A stretch of 64,000 bases of DNA from Octopus vulgaris (taxonomy: Eukaryota). Where the stretch lies: positions 39,990,001 through 40,054,000 of the forward strand of contig OX597831.1 in the NCBI GenBank assembly GCA_951406725.2, given 5' to 3'. A program made the translations under genes and the position numbers. Below, piece by piece: positions 26,508-38,622 of the stretch; position 1 is the first letter of the stretch; each line of letters opens with the position of its first letter. The notes below the pieces were generated by a model that made no database searches, was not told where the DNA came from, and saw only the letters and a program-made list of their open reading frames with translations.

Positions 26508-27320
26508 AGTTAGAATTTTCTTCTGGTCAAGTAGCCCACCCCGCTCAAAAGGTCCTTGAATAAGGATTGTTTAAAGATGTCGAACAAACCACCCATGTTT
26601 CCAAAGGTGAATTATCCAAATCTCCAAGAATTCCTTTCAATACACGGCTATGGTGCTCCCCCACTACTATTGCTCATGATCAAAGATGCACATATTGTCA
26701 GCCACTAAGGGATATATGCTCAACTGGTTACGGTCAAACAACTGACAAGCAAATCTGTGGTATTGAGCAGAATATTTGCTGTAGCCCATATTATTATTAT
26801 TATTATTAACAGGACTTGTGAAAATTCCACAGTGTAAGTCAGCATATTTGCAAACATTAAGTGAATATATTAACCACAAGCAAAGAATTTCAGAAAATTC
26901 TTTTGAAACTGTGTCATTTAATCAAAACTATACTTTCAAATATAATTGAAATGAACTTAGAAGGATTTGCTTATTTACCTTCTTCTAATATGCTTGACAG
27001 ATATAATTTACTTTATAGCTTAAGGAAATAAAAGATGAATTGAAGAGATAAAACACACACACACATACACATATGTTACACACATATCCAGCTACCATGA
27101 AGGCTTAGTCCAACTTACTTATCAACTGAGGTTGTTTGTATTTCTTTTCATTTCATTTTACTTTCAGCTACCTGTCTATTTGTATACCTATCAGTTTATC
27201 TAGCTATCTAAATATCAATCTATGTCTGTCTGTCTATTCATTCCTCTATCTACTCTCATAATACTGATAAGCATTTGAACCTAATAATAACAAAATAATA
27301 ATAATAATAATAATAATAAT

Positions 27321-27500
27321 ACAGAAAATTGCACTACTAAGCACTGCACACATCCTACGCAGAACTCTTTCCATACAATAACCATCAGAGCATCACAACA
27401 AATCACAGCACATACCCAAGGCACACAGAGCTGCGCTCGGTAGTGAAGTGAAAGCACGCTATAAAAATAAAACTACTGAATAATAATAATAATAATAATA
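27321..27500 (+). mobile_element. Severely 5'-truncated R4/Dong-type LINE 3' end within (TAA)n
   Basis: QKIALLSTAHILRRTLSIQ* followed by a ~100-nt UTR; (TAA)n on both sides. Confidence 0.75.
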
Positions 27501-27779
27501 AATGCCCTGAGGCAGTACCAAGCACTGGCTCTCGTGGCTTCTGATCTTAACTGATTGGAAGTGTTATCATGTACATTGTTTTGTCTTGGTATAAAAGATG
27601 GGCTACAGCAAATATTCTGCTCAATACCACAGATTTGCTTGTCAGTTGTTTGACCTTAACCAGTTGAGCATATCCCTTAGTGGCTGACGATATGTGCATC
27701 TCTGACCACGAGCAGAAGTAGTGGGGGAGCATCATAGACGTGTGTTGAGAGGGATTCTCTGGGGTATCCACCCCCACTA

Positions 27780-29400
27780 GGTCCTGTCTGTTACCCTCTT
27801 GCACCTGATCTGTTTGGATTAAGAAATCCTAGAGTATTTTGCTAGTCTCTGACTTTGCCACTCACTGTGGTTTTGCTCCTCCCACATCTTGCCTTTCTCT
27901 AGCCCCCACTTTGAGCACAGTTCCAATGTAAAACTTTTGCTACCTGATAATGTCACCACAACTTGTAGTGGTTTAGGTTTGGGGCAAGTCCAGAGCTTTT
28001 GTTTGTGATATGGGCAATGGTTTCATCTACTCTACTGCAGATGCAGCACAGCAGAGACACTTGCTCACCTCCAGTTCATGACCAAAACTTGGTCTTGTGC
28101 TGCCAATAGTGCTGTCAGTCTCTCTTTTTTTTTTTGTTTTAGTGTTCCTTTCATCAGCTGATCCCACCTACTTTTTCCAGCAACTTCTGTTGTGGCTACA
28201 TGGAATTGCTTGTGTAGTCCCTTGTAGAATTCTTCTTCATGTCCTTTGTGTACTTCTTCCTTTGTTTTCCCTAGCGGTTCGGCAAAAGTGAGCAATAGAA
28301 TAAGTACTAAGCTTACAAAGAATAAGTCCTGGGGTTGATTTCTTTGACTAAAGGCAGTGCTCCAGCATGGCCACAGTCAAATGACTGAAACAAGTAAGAG
28401 AATAGAAGAAAGTAAAAGAAATGTTTGTTTATATTGTCCTTTATGATCATATTCTGGACTTGCTTCAACATTATGATCAGTCTTTATGGAGAAGCCTCAC
28501 ACTATTTCATAATTCTTGTTTTCTATCACAACCTCTGATTTGTATTGATACCACTTTTTTGTTATATTAAAGCTACACACAGCTAATATCCCAATGTACT
28601 CTTTTGCCTACTTCAATGATCCAACACAGTCATATCTGTGCTTATACTCCTTTCATGCTAGTAAACTGCACTCATTCAAAAGGTGATTGATACTTTCATC
28701 TCCATTCCATTCCTACAGATTCTACATTTACTGTTTGTGTTTCATCAATCTTTGCTTCCATCACATTTGTTCTAAGGGCTTGTTCTTGAGCAGCTATAAT
28801 TTTGGTCTCTTGTTTCAGGTTCCTGTCTGTCAACCAGAGCCAGTGATCTTTACTTCCAGCATTCTCAGTCTGTTGCACGAATTGGCTGTCATTCCATTTC
28901 TTTCCATTTGCTTGTCCCGATGTTCTTTTTTTCTCTTTGAATTCTCTTATTGTTTCAGTCGCTTTTTATGTATCTCTAGCTGCCAATAGTGCTCTTTCTT
29001 TACTCTTCATAATGTAATTTTTCAGACCCAGTATCACAGTTCTAACAATATCTTCTGCATTTAGTAGTCCTTTGCCACATGCCGTTCTTGGTAGTCAAAA
29101 TCGGTTAGTATTACTTCTGGGGTGGATTGTCTTGTACAATGGGAGCAGCTTTTTAGTTCTTCCATTCCAAGTTCTGTAGCTCAGCCTTTTCAATTTTAGA
29201 AAGGAGCCGAGTATCTTAATATTGACGTAGTCCATGTACTTATGGCTTCAATGATGTTCCCTCCCCCCATTTAATTTTGTTTTGTGCACCTTCATAATTC
29301 TTTTCTTGTACTCTTTCATGACTTCCTCTCATTTCTTTTCCATTATCCTATCTTCTTGCAGCACTCCTAAGTATTTGTACCCACCTCGTTGTTCCACGGC
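27780..29400 (-). mobile_element. Two decayed R4/Dong-clade LINE fragments (RT end to zinc finger region), separated by a SINE A tail
   Basis: GYKYLGVLQ near 29380; WLWLTDRNLKQETKIIAAQEQALRTN (28696-28878); GLHKQF...LLAAQDQVL (28065-28295). Confidence 0.8.
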
Positions 29401-29419
29401 AATCTAAGTAGGTATGTAG

Positions 29420-29549
29420 TTAGATAGATAGACAGATAGATGCATAAATAGACACAGAGAGAGATAGGCAGGTAGATATGTAGACAGATAGATGGATGGA
29501 CTGACGGATAGGTAGATATATAGATAGATTGACACAGATGGATGGATGG

Positions 29550-29580
<31 letters not shown>

Positions 29581-29875
29581 GACAGACAGATGGACAGAGA
29601 TAGGTAGATAGATGGTTAGTGGTTAGACACACAGATAGATAGATGATTAGACAGATAGATAGATAGACAGATAGATAGATAGATAGACAGACAGATAGAT
29701 AGATGGACAGACAGATAGATAGATGGACAGATAGATAGACAGACAGACAGATATATGGTTTGACAGATAGATAGATGGTCAGACAGACAGACAAATAGAT
29801 AGATATACATTGGTAGATAGAGGAAGATACAGATGGATAAAGATAGTGATAGATAGGTAAACACGTTGATAAGTA
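29420..29875. repeat. (GATA)n/(GACA)n compound microsatellite. A similar tract lies at ~8225-8480
   Basis: Direct inspection. Confidence 0.9.
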
Positions 29876-32235
29876 GACACAGGATTGTAGGTAGACACGT
29901 TGAGAAGTAGACAAGCAGGGATGTAACTAGTCAGATAGCGATATAGGTGGGTAGTTATGTAGAAAGATAAATAAAGATCTTTGAGAGATAAAAAGGCGTA
30001 GCTGTGACCAAGATATCAATTAACATTTCAGTCCATACATATACTTCGGGACACTTGCTCTTTCTTATCTTCCGAGTTTTTGAATTCCAATTGACTTACG
30101 TTCACAGCATGGTGCAATGCTTCTCCGCCATCCCCACTCATTAAAAATTCATAGCTTCTTACCATTTTCCAATGCCTCTCTCTAATTATTCAATTACTAT
30201 TCTGGCTATTCTGCCATTATTTTCATCAACTTGCTCCAATATTCGTGTCATTTCCATGGTATGGAAACGAGGCAGTTCCAAGGCAACCGTCATCAAACCA
30301 AGATAACTTAAGACTTTATTTCTTTGGCATTCTCTGGTTCCTGTCTTTCCTTTCTTTTTTTTATTGTATTTCTTTCCTTCCTTTTCTTTTGGTTTGTTTT
30401 GCTTTTGGCTTTTTCGGTTTTTTATTGTGTTGTTTGTTTCCTTTGCCATCCTCCTCCTCCTCCGTCATTGTCTTTCTGTATCATCTTCCTTCATAATCAT
30501 ACATCATCATCTGTCATCATTATCCTCTCCATCATAATCATCATCATCACCACTATGCCACCACTATCATGATATAACTACTATATATATATATATATCC
30601 AGTACCATAGCCATCATCATCATCATAAGATTGTCATCAGTATCACCACCACTGTCAACACCATCACCATCATCATCATTGTCAGCATCATGATCACCTT
30701 ATTGGAATGAAATAAGCCAATCATCTCTGGAAGCCTTAAAGCAATGGGGGTTGTGGCTGGAGAGTAAGGTGTCAATGGATGAGGACACACAGACAGAAAG
30801 AGTGAGGAGAGAGAGAGTGAGGGGCCAGTTTGAAATAAAAAATTTTCCTCTTGTTGTTCATACAATTACAAGTTTTGTCTGCTTCCTTCCTCCCTTCCTT
30901 ACTTCCTTCTCTCTACCCCTGTCTCTTCCTCCTACTCCTCCCCATTCTCCCTACAGTCAGTTGTCTGTCTGCTTTGGTAAATCAATTGGAATCCCCATTA
31001 GATAACATATTGGCCTCTTTGACCTCCGAGGTCAAGTCGGAGGTCATTCTTGCTGATCCACTCTATCAGCAGGCACTGTCTGTTGTGTCCTTGAGCAAGG
31101 ATAACATCCCCCTCACTCTTTCCCTCTCTCTCTCTTTGACTCTCCCTCTTTGTCTCTCTCTCTCTCTCCCCAATTCATTTATTTTATCAAGTTTCAACAT
31201 CTGTAAATATGTGTTCTAAGAATTTAAGTAGCATGGTAAGGAAATACATGTCACATTGACATGACCGGTTGTTTTGCCATCGCTGTCATCGGCTCCATTG
31301 TCAATGGTAACATCATCACCATCTCCATACAATCGCTATCATCACCATCTCCATACAATCGCTGTCGTTGGTATCAACAATGTATGAAAGCCTTCACCAC
31401 TACCATCATCATCATTACCTGCCAACATTATCATTGTCGCCACCACCATCATCATTACCCCCACCACCATCATCATTACCCCCACCACCACCACCATACC
31501 ATTATCATCATCACCATTATCATGATGATCATCATAACTGAACTTTAGTCATCAACTTAGCAGAGTTATTAGAGTACTGATTATAATGTCTTGTGGTGTT
31601 TGTTCTAATGCTCTGTGCTCCAGGTTCAAATCCTGCCAAACTTAAGTTTGCCTTTCATTATTCAAGAGTCAGTAAAAATGTACCTGTCAAGGTAGGTGGG
31701 TTGCTGGAATTCTTTAAAGGATGGCAGAAGTGCCTCGTAGTATCTGTTTTGGTTCCTGGCATTCTGATGGCAATTCTTGCAGTTTGGCTCTAACACCAAG
31801 CTATGTTAGCCAAACTTGGTAGCCTTTCCTTTGGACAAACACCAATGGTGGGAGAGAGAGGAGACTTGTATGGATGGGCAACTGTTAAGCTTCCGTTAAT
31901 AAAAAATTTCACTCACCCCTACCCATACATGTGCAGGGGTAAGGCCAGCTTTAACCAACAAGTTCTCAGCTTCTTACTATATTTCAAAAATTTGACAAGT
32001 CAGTCAGTCACCGTCTGACACTCGCTGACGATATATCGAAGAGGCCAGGGAGAGAAGAAAGAAGACATGGACCCAACATCAGAGCTGAAGACACCGCCGA
32101 AAGGTGGGGCCCCACCATGTCAAAACGGTAGAGGAGTTGGGGCCGAAACCTGACGTGGTTCCTCCTGATGATGTCTTGAGCTAACTGGATCCTATAAAGG
32201 AGCTGTTGTGGTAGCAGACCACGAAACACGGTTGT

Positions 32236-32700
32236 AATTCCTCCTATTTCATGCACGAAGCTTTGGTGAAACTAAGGTCATTGTAGAAGACATGTGGCTC
32301 AATTCCAACTGACCCTACTTCCTGTATTTTTTGCACAAAGTTTTGGTCAAGCTGGTGGGGGGATTCTAGAAGACTGTTCAGTCCCAACTGACACCACCCA
32401 CTGCATTTTGTGTACAAAGTCTGTCAAACTCAGCCATTGTAGAGAATACTTGGTTCAATTCCAGCTGATCCCCTTCCTATATTTCCTACACAAAGCTTTT
32501 GTCAAACTGAGGCCATTGTAGAAGCCAGGTGGCTCACTTCTAATTGACACACCCTCTTATATTTCATGCACAAAGCTGTGGTCAAACCGAGGTCATTGTA
32601 GAAGTCTCAATTCCAACTGACCACCACTTCTATATTTCCTACATAGAGATTTGGTTGAACTGAGGCTGTAGTAGAAGACTAGATTCTTGGTTCAGTTGTT
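32236..32700. repeat. Six-unit ~78-bp minisatellite derived from the SINE A core
   Basis: Unit ~tatttcatgcacaaagctttggtcaaactgaggccattgtagaagac...tcaattccaactgacc, similar to antisense SINE A cacaaggctttggtcggcccgaggctatagtagaagacac. Confidence 0.75.
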
Positions 32701-34121
32701 ACTCATTGAAATTTAACTCGGAATCATAATGGTCTCTTACACCTATCCCACAATATCATTCTAAAAATAAACAATCACATCAAAATTTCAAAGCTACGAA
32801 ATAATAATACATGATTAGTGTAAAAATATTGTGAATAAATAAGGAATTTTGATGCTAAAGGGTCAACCCATTAGCATTTAAACCTACCATATCTAACCCG
32901 ATTATTCTACTTGTTTTATGGCGGCCTAACTGGCCATATCTGGTCTAAAACCTACCCTACAATATTATTCTAACACTAACAATCACATCATTGAAATCTC
33001 TAAGCTGAAATGTGACAGAGCAATTTGAATCAACCCTTTAGGGTTTTAATCCTTAAGTGTTTAAACCTGCCATATCTAGTCCAGATATTCTACCTCTTCT
33101 ATGTTCTATGTTAATTTGTAGAATGATATTGTAGGATTGGTTTGAAAGGCCAGATCCAGCCAGTTTGAGCAGGTAGGGTATTCTGGCTGGATGTGGCCAG
33201 TTTAAATGCCAAAGGGATTAAACCTGCTATATCTGGCCCAATTATTCTGCCTGTTTTATGTCGTAACCAGCCAGATCTGGCCTCTCATACTTATCCTACA
33301 ATCGCATCATTAAAATCTCGAAGCCACAAGATTATTCGGGATTAATATAAAAACATGATTGAATAAGCATCACATTTGACCAAGTAATCTGAATACTAAA
33401 GGGTTGTTATACGCAGGATAAAGCTAAATCTATGAACAGAAAATATTCTGTACTGTGATTTATTAAATCATGGTATAAATTAGGGGTGCATCTTATACAC
33501 AAATAAAGGCATTTTCTGTACCCCTGGTAGGTTGAAAGACGAAGTCACCAAACCCTGTCTTGCTCGATAATTTGAACTCACCCCATTGAGGGGTGGAATT
33601 ACATTCTTGTAATACCTATAAACCTAACACTGTAATGTATCTTCCCACAAGGGCCCTTGCTCTGTGTTAATTAGTGTTATAATATTCTAACTGTTAATTA
33701 GTATAATTATTCGCATTTATCATATTTCATTTGAAAACATTGAAGTGCAGTTAAGTGGCCGTTGACATGTTTAACCCCTCTGTGGCTATATTTCTAATTA
33801 AACGCTCTGTCTACATGTGTTTTTAATTAATGATGAAAAATAACGAAGAACTTGGAGTGATTTAATGAAATGACTTTGTTTTATTTATTTATTTTTTACT
33901 TTTTACCATTGTTTCAATTGATGCTTCGAATATGGCATTACTTAACTTTAAAGATTATTTATTAGAAGCATGGCTGTGTTATTAAGAGGCTTGTTTTGTA
34001 ACCACCTGGTTTCAGAGTCAGTCCCACTCCACGGCACCCTGAGCAAGTGTCTTCTATTTTAGCCCCAGACCGACAAATGCTTTGCAAGTCAATTTGTTGG
34101 ATCAAAACTGTGTGGAAACCC

Positions 34122-34158
<37 letters not shown>

Positions 34159-34160
<2 letters not shown>

Positions 34161-34306
34161 CAGAGTAAGCACATAAATGTGAAACAAGGTGGGAAAAAGA
34201 GTACTCAAATACCAGAGGTAGAGTAATATGCTTTATTTAAAAGCAGCAGAAATATAACAAAAGCTGTTACTCAGACGTTCAGGTTCCCATTCGTCTGACA
34301 GTTTTG
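34159..34306 (-). mobile_element. Single-arm copy of the hammerhead-bearing repeat (decayed core)
   Basis: Aligns along its length with the reverse complement of ~38401-38560. The minus strand reads ctgt-CAGACGA-atgggaacct-GAAC-gtctgag-TA-acag. (TA)n flanks. Confidence 0.65.
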
Positions 34307-34721
34307 ATAAAAAAAGAATATATATATATATATATATATATTGGTTGTGTGATAAGTAGCTTGCTTACCAACCACATGGTTCTGGATTCATTCCCACTAT
34401 GTGACACCTTGGGCAAGTGTCTTCTACTATAGCCTCGGGCTGACCAAAGCCTTGTGAGTGGATTTGGTAGACGGAAACTGAAAGAAACTCATCGTATATA
34501 TGTTTGTGTGTCTGTGTTTGTCACCCCAACATCGCTTGACAACCGATGCTGGTGTGTTTGTTTACGTCTCCATAACTTAGCGGTTCGGCAAAAGAGACTG
34601 ATAGAATAAGTACTAGGCTTACAAAGAATAAGTCCTGGGGTCGATTTGCTCAACTAAAGGCGCTGCTCCAGCATGGCCACAGTGAAAATGACTGTAACAA
34701 GTAAAAGAGTAAAAGAATTCA

Positions 34722-35095
34722 CTAGCACTTATTAGTTTCACTTCACATGCTCTCATTTCTCTTTTTGCAAAAAGCTGTTTATCTTCTCATTGACATCGAA
34801 TGTCCTTTGGCACTCCAAGATTCAGCAGTATGGAAGATTATTGTAAGGCTTCTTGTAGTCTGTCCACCTAACTGCTAAATTCTTCTTGTTTGTAGTTCAT
34901 CTAATAACCTACAGTCAAAATACACCACTTCCCCTTCCTGTTTTACCATGTCCCTTTTGCTCCTCTCGTAACTGATTTTCTTTTCCCGAAAATGAAACAC
35001 TTCATTGTCCTTGAAGCCAGTTGGTAATTTCCAAATTAACGGTAAGCACGTAATAGATCTATAATTACTGACTTACTGCCCCCTGGTCTTCCCAG
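34722..35095 (-). mobile_element. Decayed R4/Dong-clade reverse transcriptase fragment
   Basis: Minus strand SNYRSITCLP...EEQKG...NLAVRWTDYKKPYNNLPY..ILEC, matching the NYRPITCL, EQKG and WIDYKKAYD motifs. Confidence 0.75.
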
Positions 35096-35702
35096 TGAGT
35101 TGGCAGAATTATTAGCATGCCAGGCAAGATGCTTAGCATTTCAGCCATCTCTATGTTCTAAGTTCAAATTCTTCAGATTCCACTCGTCATTCTTTCAGGA
35201 TCAATAAAATAAGCACCAGTTGAACACTGGGGCTTCGATGTAATCTACTAGTCTCCTCCTCAAGAATTTTGGACCTTATACCTATTGTAGAATGGATAAT
35301 TATTATTTTTATTATTATTAGGGTGGTGAGCTAGCAGTATTGTTAGCACACTGGGCAAAACACTTAGTGGTATACATCCTGTTTCTGTTTTCTGGGTTCA
35401 GATTCTGCCAAAGTCAACTTTGCCTTTCATCATTTTGGGGTCAATAAAATGAGCACTGGGGTCGACGTAATCAACCAGTCCCTACCCCTAAAATTTCAGG
35501 CTCTGTGCCTATAGTAGGAAAGATTATTATGCATCGGGACATTTCGTCTGGCATTACATTCTGAGGTTGACTTTGCCATTCATGTATACGGGGTCAAGAA
35601 AATAAGTACCAGTTGACCCCTGGGGTTGATGTAATCGACTTACACCTGCCTTCCAAAATTGCTGGCGCTGTGCCAAAATTTGAAACCATTATTATTATTA
35701 TT
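35095..35702 (+). mobile_element. Head-to-tail array of SINE family B copies joined by (ATT)n. Similar arrays at 14750-15190 and 25465-25880
   Basis: Head ggcgagctggcagaatcgttag...gagttcaaattc, central gcctttcatcctttcggggtcgataaaataagtaccag-type domain, tail gtagaaaggattattatt. Confidence 0.85.
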
Positions 35703-36925
35703 TGTTACTATTTTTTTTTTAAATACTCACCTAATTTACATAATTACTCCTGATTAGTTATTTTCCTAATCAGTAAATTAATTTTTCCAATGTCTATTGC
35801 AGTGCTTGGGACATAAACAATATTCTTTGTTTTTTTCTGCTTTTTTTTTTTCATTTATTTTGGTGGAGGGTCAGGATCTATAAAAAAAAAACAAGGGAAA
35901 AAAAGGTTCCAGGAACATTCACAGTGTATATGACCTTGTCTGCTTAAAAAGACATGCCTCTATGCAAATTTTCAGCTGGCTTAGTGCAACCCTCTGGCCT
36001 TACAGCTTCTACCATACAACCACACACGTGTATGGTATGTGTATATATATATATATTTTACTCATTCAAGCATGCGTATTATATAGTATACACATACTTT
36101 TGTAAATATACACACATGCACGCATAAATATGAAAGAAAGTGAGGATGCACGTATGTGTGTGAGAATGATGGGAGTGGAGAATGGCGATGGAAGCATTTC
36201 TATGCCATTCTTTGATCAATCATGTCGAATTTATTCTTCACCAAAACCTCAAATCTTCTCACCTAATCAATAACAGTTAGTGTATAAAAAAAATCATATT
36301 CCTTTATATTTTTTCTTCTCTTTTAGTTTTATTTATTAATGTTTTTTTTTTTTTGGTTCCGCCAACAATTTTGTATCTAATTTGTAATAATTCCTGCTTC
36401 CAGCCCAAAACCTAGCCTGATTCTTGGCAACAATTTTTAGCTTTTTTTTTCTTTCTGTTTATCCGGCCCCCTCCCCACTTCATCTTGGTGTGTTTTTTTT
36501 GTTTTTTTTTGCCTTCTAATTTTCATATTTCTATGTTAGTCATTCTTTTGTTTCTCCTAAATTTTCTTCATCCGTTTTTTTTTTAATCTTTTTTTTTTTG
36601 CGTCTGTTGTTTCCTTTTCACCCTTATCTTATTTTAGTTTTTTTTTTTTTCTTTTGCTATTTTGGTTCCGCATCATTCCATGTGTGTGTGAGACTGGGTT
36701 GGAAAAGATTTTGTATTTTCCTATCCTTCTCTGGGTCAAGGGCAAGAGAGTCAATAGGTTGTCTGGGGCACTCGCAACTGCATGGTTACCTGCAACAATG
36801 AGTGAAAGCATGGCGCATGTTACCAAATCATACTTGCTTAGGAGTAAAGAAGGTTTCGGTTATATGTGTGTATTTGTACATGTATGTGTTTGTGTGCGTA
36901 TATACAGTGTGTGTGTGTATATATA

Positions 36926-36962
<37 letters not shown>

Positions 36963-37340
36963 GTATTTGTATACATTGTTTTTGTTTCAGTCACTTGGCC
37001 GTGGCCACGCTGGAGCACCACTGATTAGTTTCAGTTGAGCAAATCCACCCTAGTACTTATTCTATTGATCTTTTTTGCTGAACTGCTAAGTTATGAGGAC
37101 ATAAGCACAGCAACACCAGTTGTCAAGCGCTGGTGTGGTTCAAACACAGACACAAGGACACATACGTGTATATTCATGACAGGCTTCTTTCAGTTTCCGT
37201 CTACCAAATCCACTAACAAGGCTTTTGGTTAGCCTGCGGCTGTGCTGGAAGACACTTGCCCAAGGTGTCACACGGGGACTGAACCCGGAACCATATGGTT
37301 GGGAAGCAAGCGTCTTGCCACGCTGCTACACTTACTTATA

Positions 37341-37559
37341 CAAGGGTGTTCTGGAAAGTTCCTCGCTTTGGATAAAAGAAAATACAGGACATTTAATTAA
37401 TTATGATTTTGTTCAACAAATTCCCCTCTTAGATGCACACATTTATTGCGGTGGTCCTTCAGTCTTTTCTAAGTTCTGTAAAAGAACTCAGAAGGTTGGG
37501 CCTCCAACCAGGCCTTTTACAATAACCCTTAAAGCCAGGAACTTTTCAGCTCCCACTTG
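37341..37559. mobile_element. Mariner-type MITE (219 bp)
   Basis: Imperfect TIRs caagggtgttctggaaagttcctcgcttt / aaagccaggaacttttcagctcccacttg; TA on both sides. Confidence 0.75.
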
Positions 37560-38039
37560 TATATATATTGTATTTGTATGCCCCCCCCTCCCCAAAAAAA
37601 GAACGTCTGAAAAAATTTACTCTTGGTTCTATATGCTCATTTGAGTTTCCTCACAAGCAAATTTTACCCCAACGCTCATTGCTTTCAGCTAATTTTAATC
37701 CAGACGATCTCTTCTACTTAACCTCATTTCATAATATGTTCAGCTGTACTGCTAAATTACTTTTTTATGAACAGTAACGTTCCCTCTTATAGCTAAACTA
37801 CTTTTGTAATATTTTGTAATGAACTACTAGAATACTTTAGATATTACATGCTTCAGTGTACTCTAAATTCCTTTTTTTATCTGATTATGTGTGTATATGT
37901 AACATATATTCGTATATATATATATATATATTCTCTCTATATATATACACTCATATGTATATATATATATACACTCATATGTGTATATATATATATGTAT
38001 GTATGCATATATATATATATATATTTTCATTGCTTTCTT

Positions 38040-38274
38040 CCTAGGAATCTAATGTTCTTAGCTTAGTTTTTCCTTGGGGCTGGCCAGATTGGAGCAATCT
38101 CCAGAATAATCAGCCAAAATTGTGAGGATAATCTGGTGCTTGACTGAGGAAAGAAAACTTTGAAAGACCTGTCCTTATTTTCTTTGTATCGTCTATCTGG
38201 ATGTTTTGTTGTCCCTTTTTGTATCACCTAGCTGTCCGGATGTTTTGCGTTCTTGTCCCATTTTGTATTTTTTA

Positions 38275-38275
<1 letters not shown>
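38040..38275. repeat. Unclassified (TA)n-embedded dispersed repeat, second copy at ~60660-60840
   Basis: Shared sequence gaataa(t/c)cagc(c/t)(a/g)aaattg...gataatctgg...gactgagg...agaaaact...ttgtatcgtctatctgga...cttgtcccatttt. Confidence 0.6.
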
Positions 38276-38331
<56 letters not shown>

Positions 38332-38363
38332 TTTATTTTAAGCAGCAGAAAATTCAACAAAAT

Positions 38364-38401
38364 CTGTTACTCTGAGTTTCTCGTTGCCGTTCATCAGACA
38401 G
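38364..38401 (-). ncRNA. Mirror copy of the same hammerhead motif on the minus strand
   Basis: Exact reverse complement of 38418-38455, within the perfect palindrome 38331-38488. Confidence 0.75.
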
Positions 38402-38417
38402 TTTTTGCTAGCAAAAA

Positions 38418-38455
38418 CTGTCTGATGAACGGCAACGAGAAACTCAGAGTAACAG
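38418..38455 (+). ncRNA. Minimal type I hammerhead ribozyme motif
   Basis: ctgt-CTGATGA(38422-28)-acg gcaa cga-GAAA(38439-42)-ctcagag-TA-acag. Stem I is ctgt/acag; stem II has a GNRA loop with an A.A mismatch at its base; stem III ACTC-A-GAGT is palindromic; the cleavage triplet is GUA (cut after 38451). Confidence 0.75.
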
Positions 38456-38557
38456 ATTTTGTTGAATTTTCTGCTGCTTAAAATAAAGCATATTACTCTA
38501 CCACTGGTATTTGAGTACTCTTTTTTCCACCTTGTTTCACATTTATGTGTTTACTCC

Positions 38558-38622
<65 letters not shown>

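Larger units (their letters stand above)
38331..38560. mobile_element. Penelope-like LTR or retrozyme-type repeat with an inverted partial copy, embedded in (TA)n
   Basis: Perfect inverted repeat at 38331-38488; the long arm continues to 38560. (TA)n on both sides. Homologous to 34159-34306 and 2363-2586. Confidence 0.65.

Noticed and set aside
31400-31530. His-rich ORF (HHHHHYPHHHHH)
   Set aside because: Degenerate (CAT/CAC)n microsatellite with a short tandem duplication.
37620-37860. Possible decayed Penelope GIY-YIG fragment on the minus strand (SLAIR...HKKVI, AEHIMK...IVW) near the ribozyme palindrome
   Set aside because: Needs several frameshifts and stops, and the similarity is too weak by eye. 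A TBLASTN/HMM search against PLE proteins would decide it.
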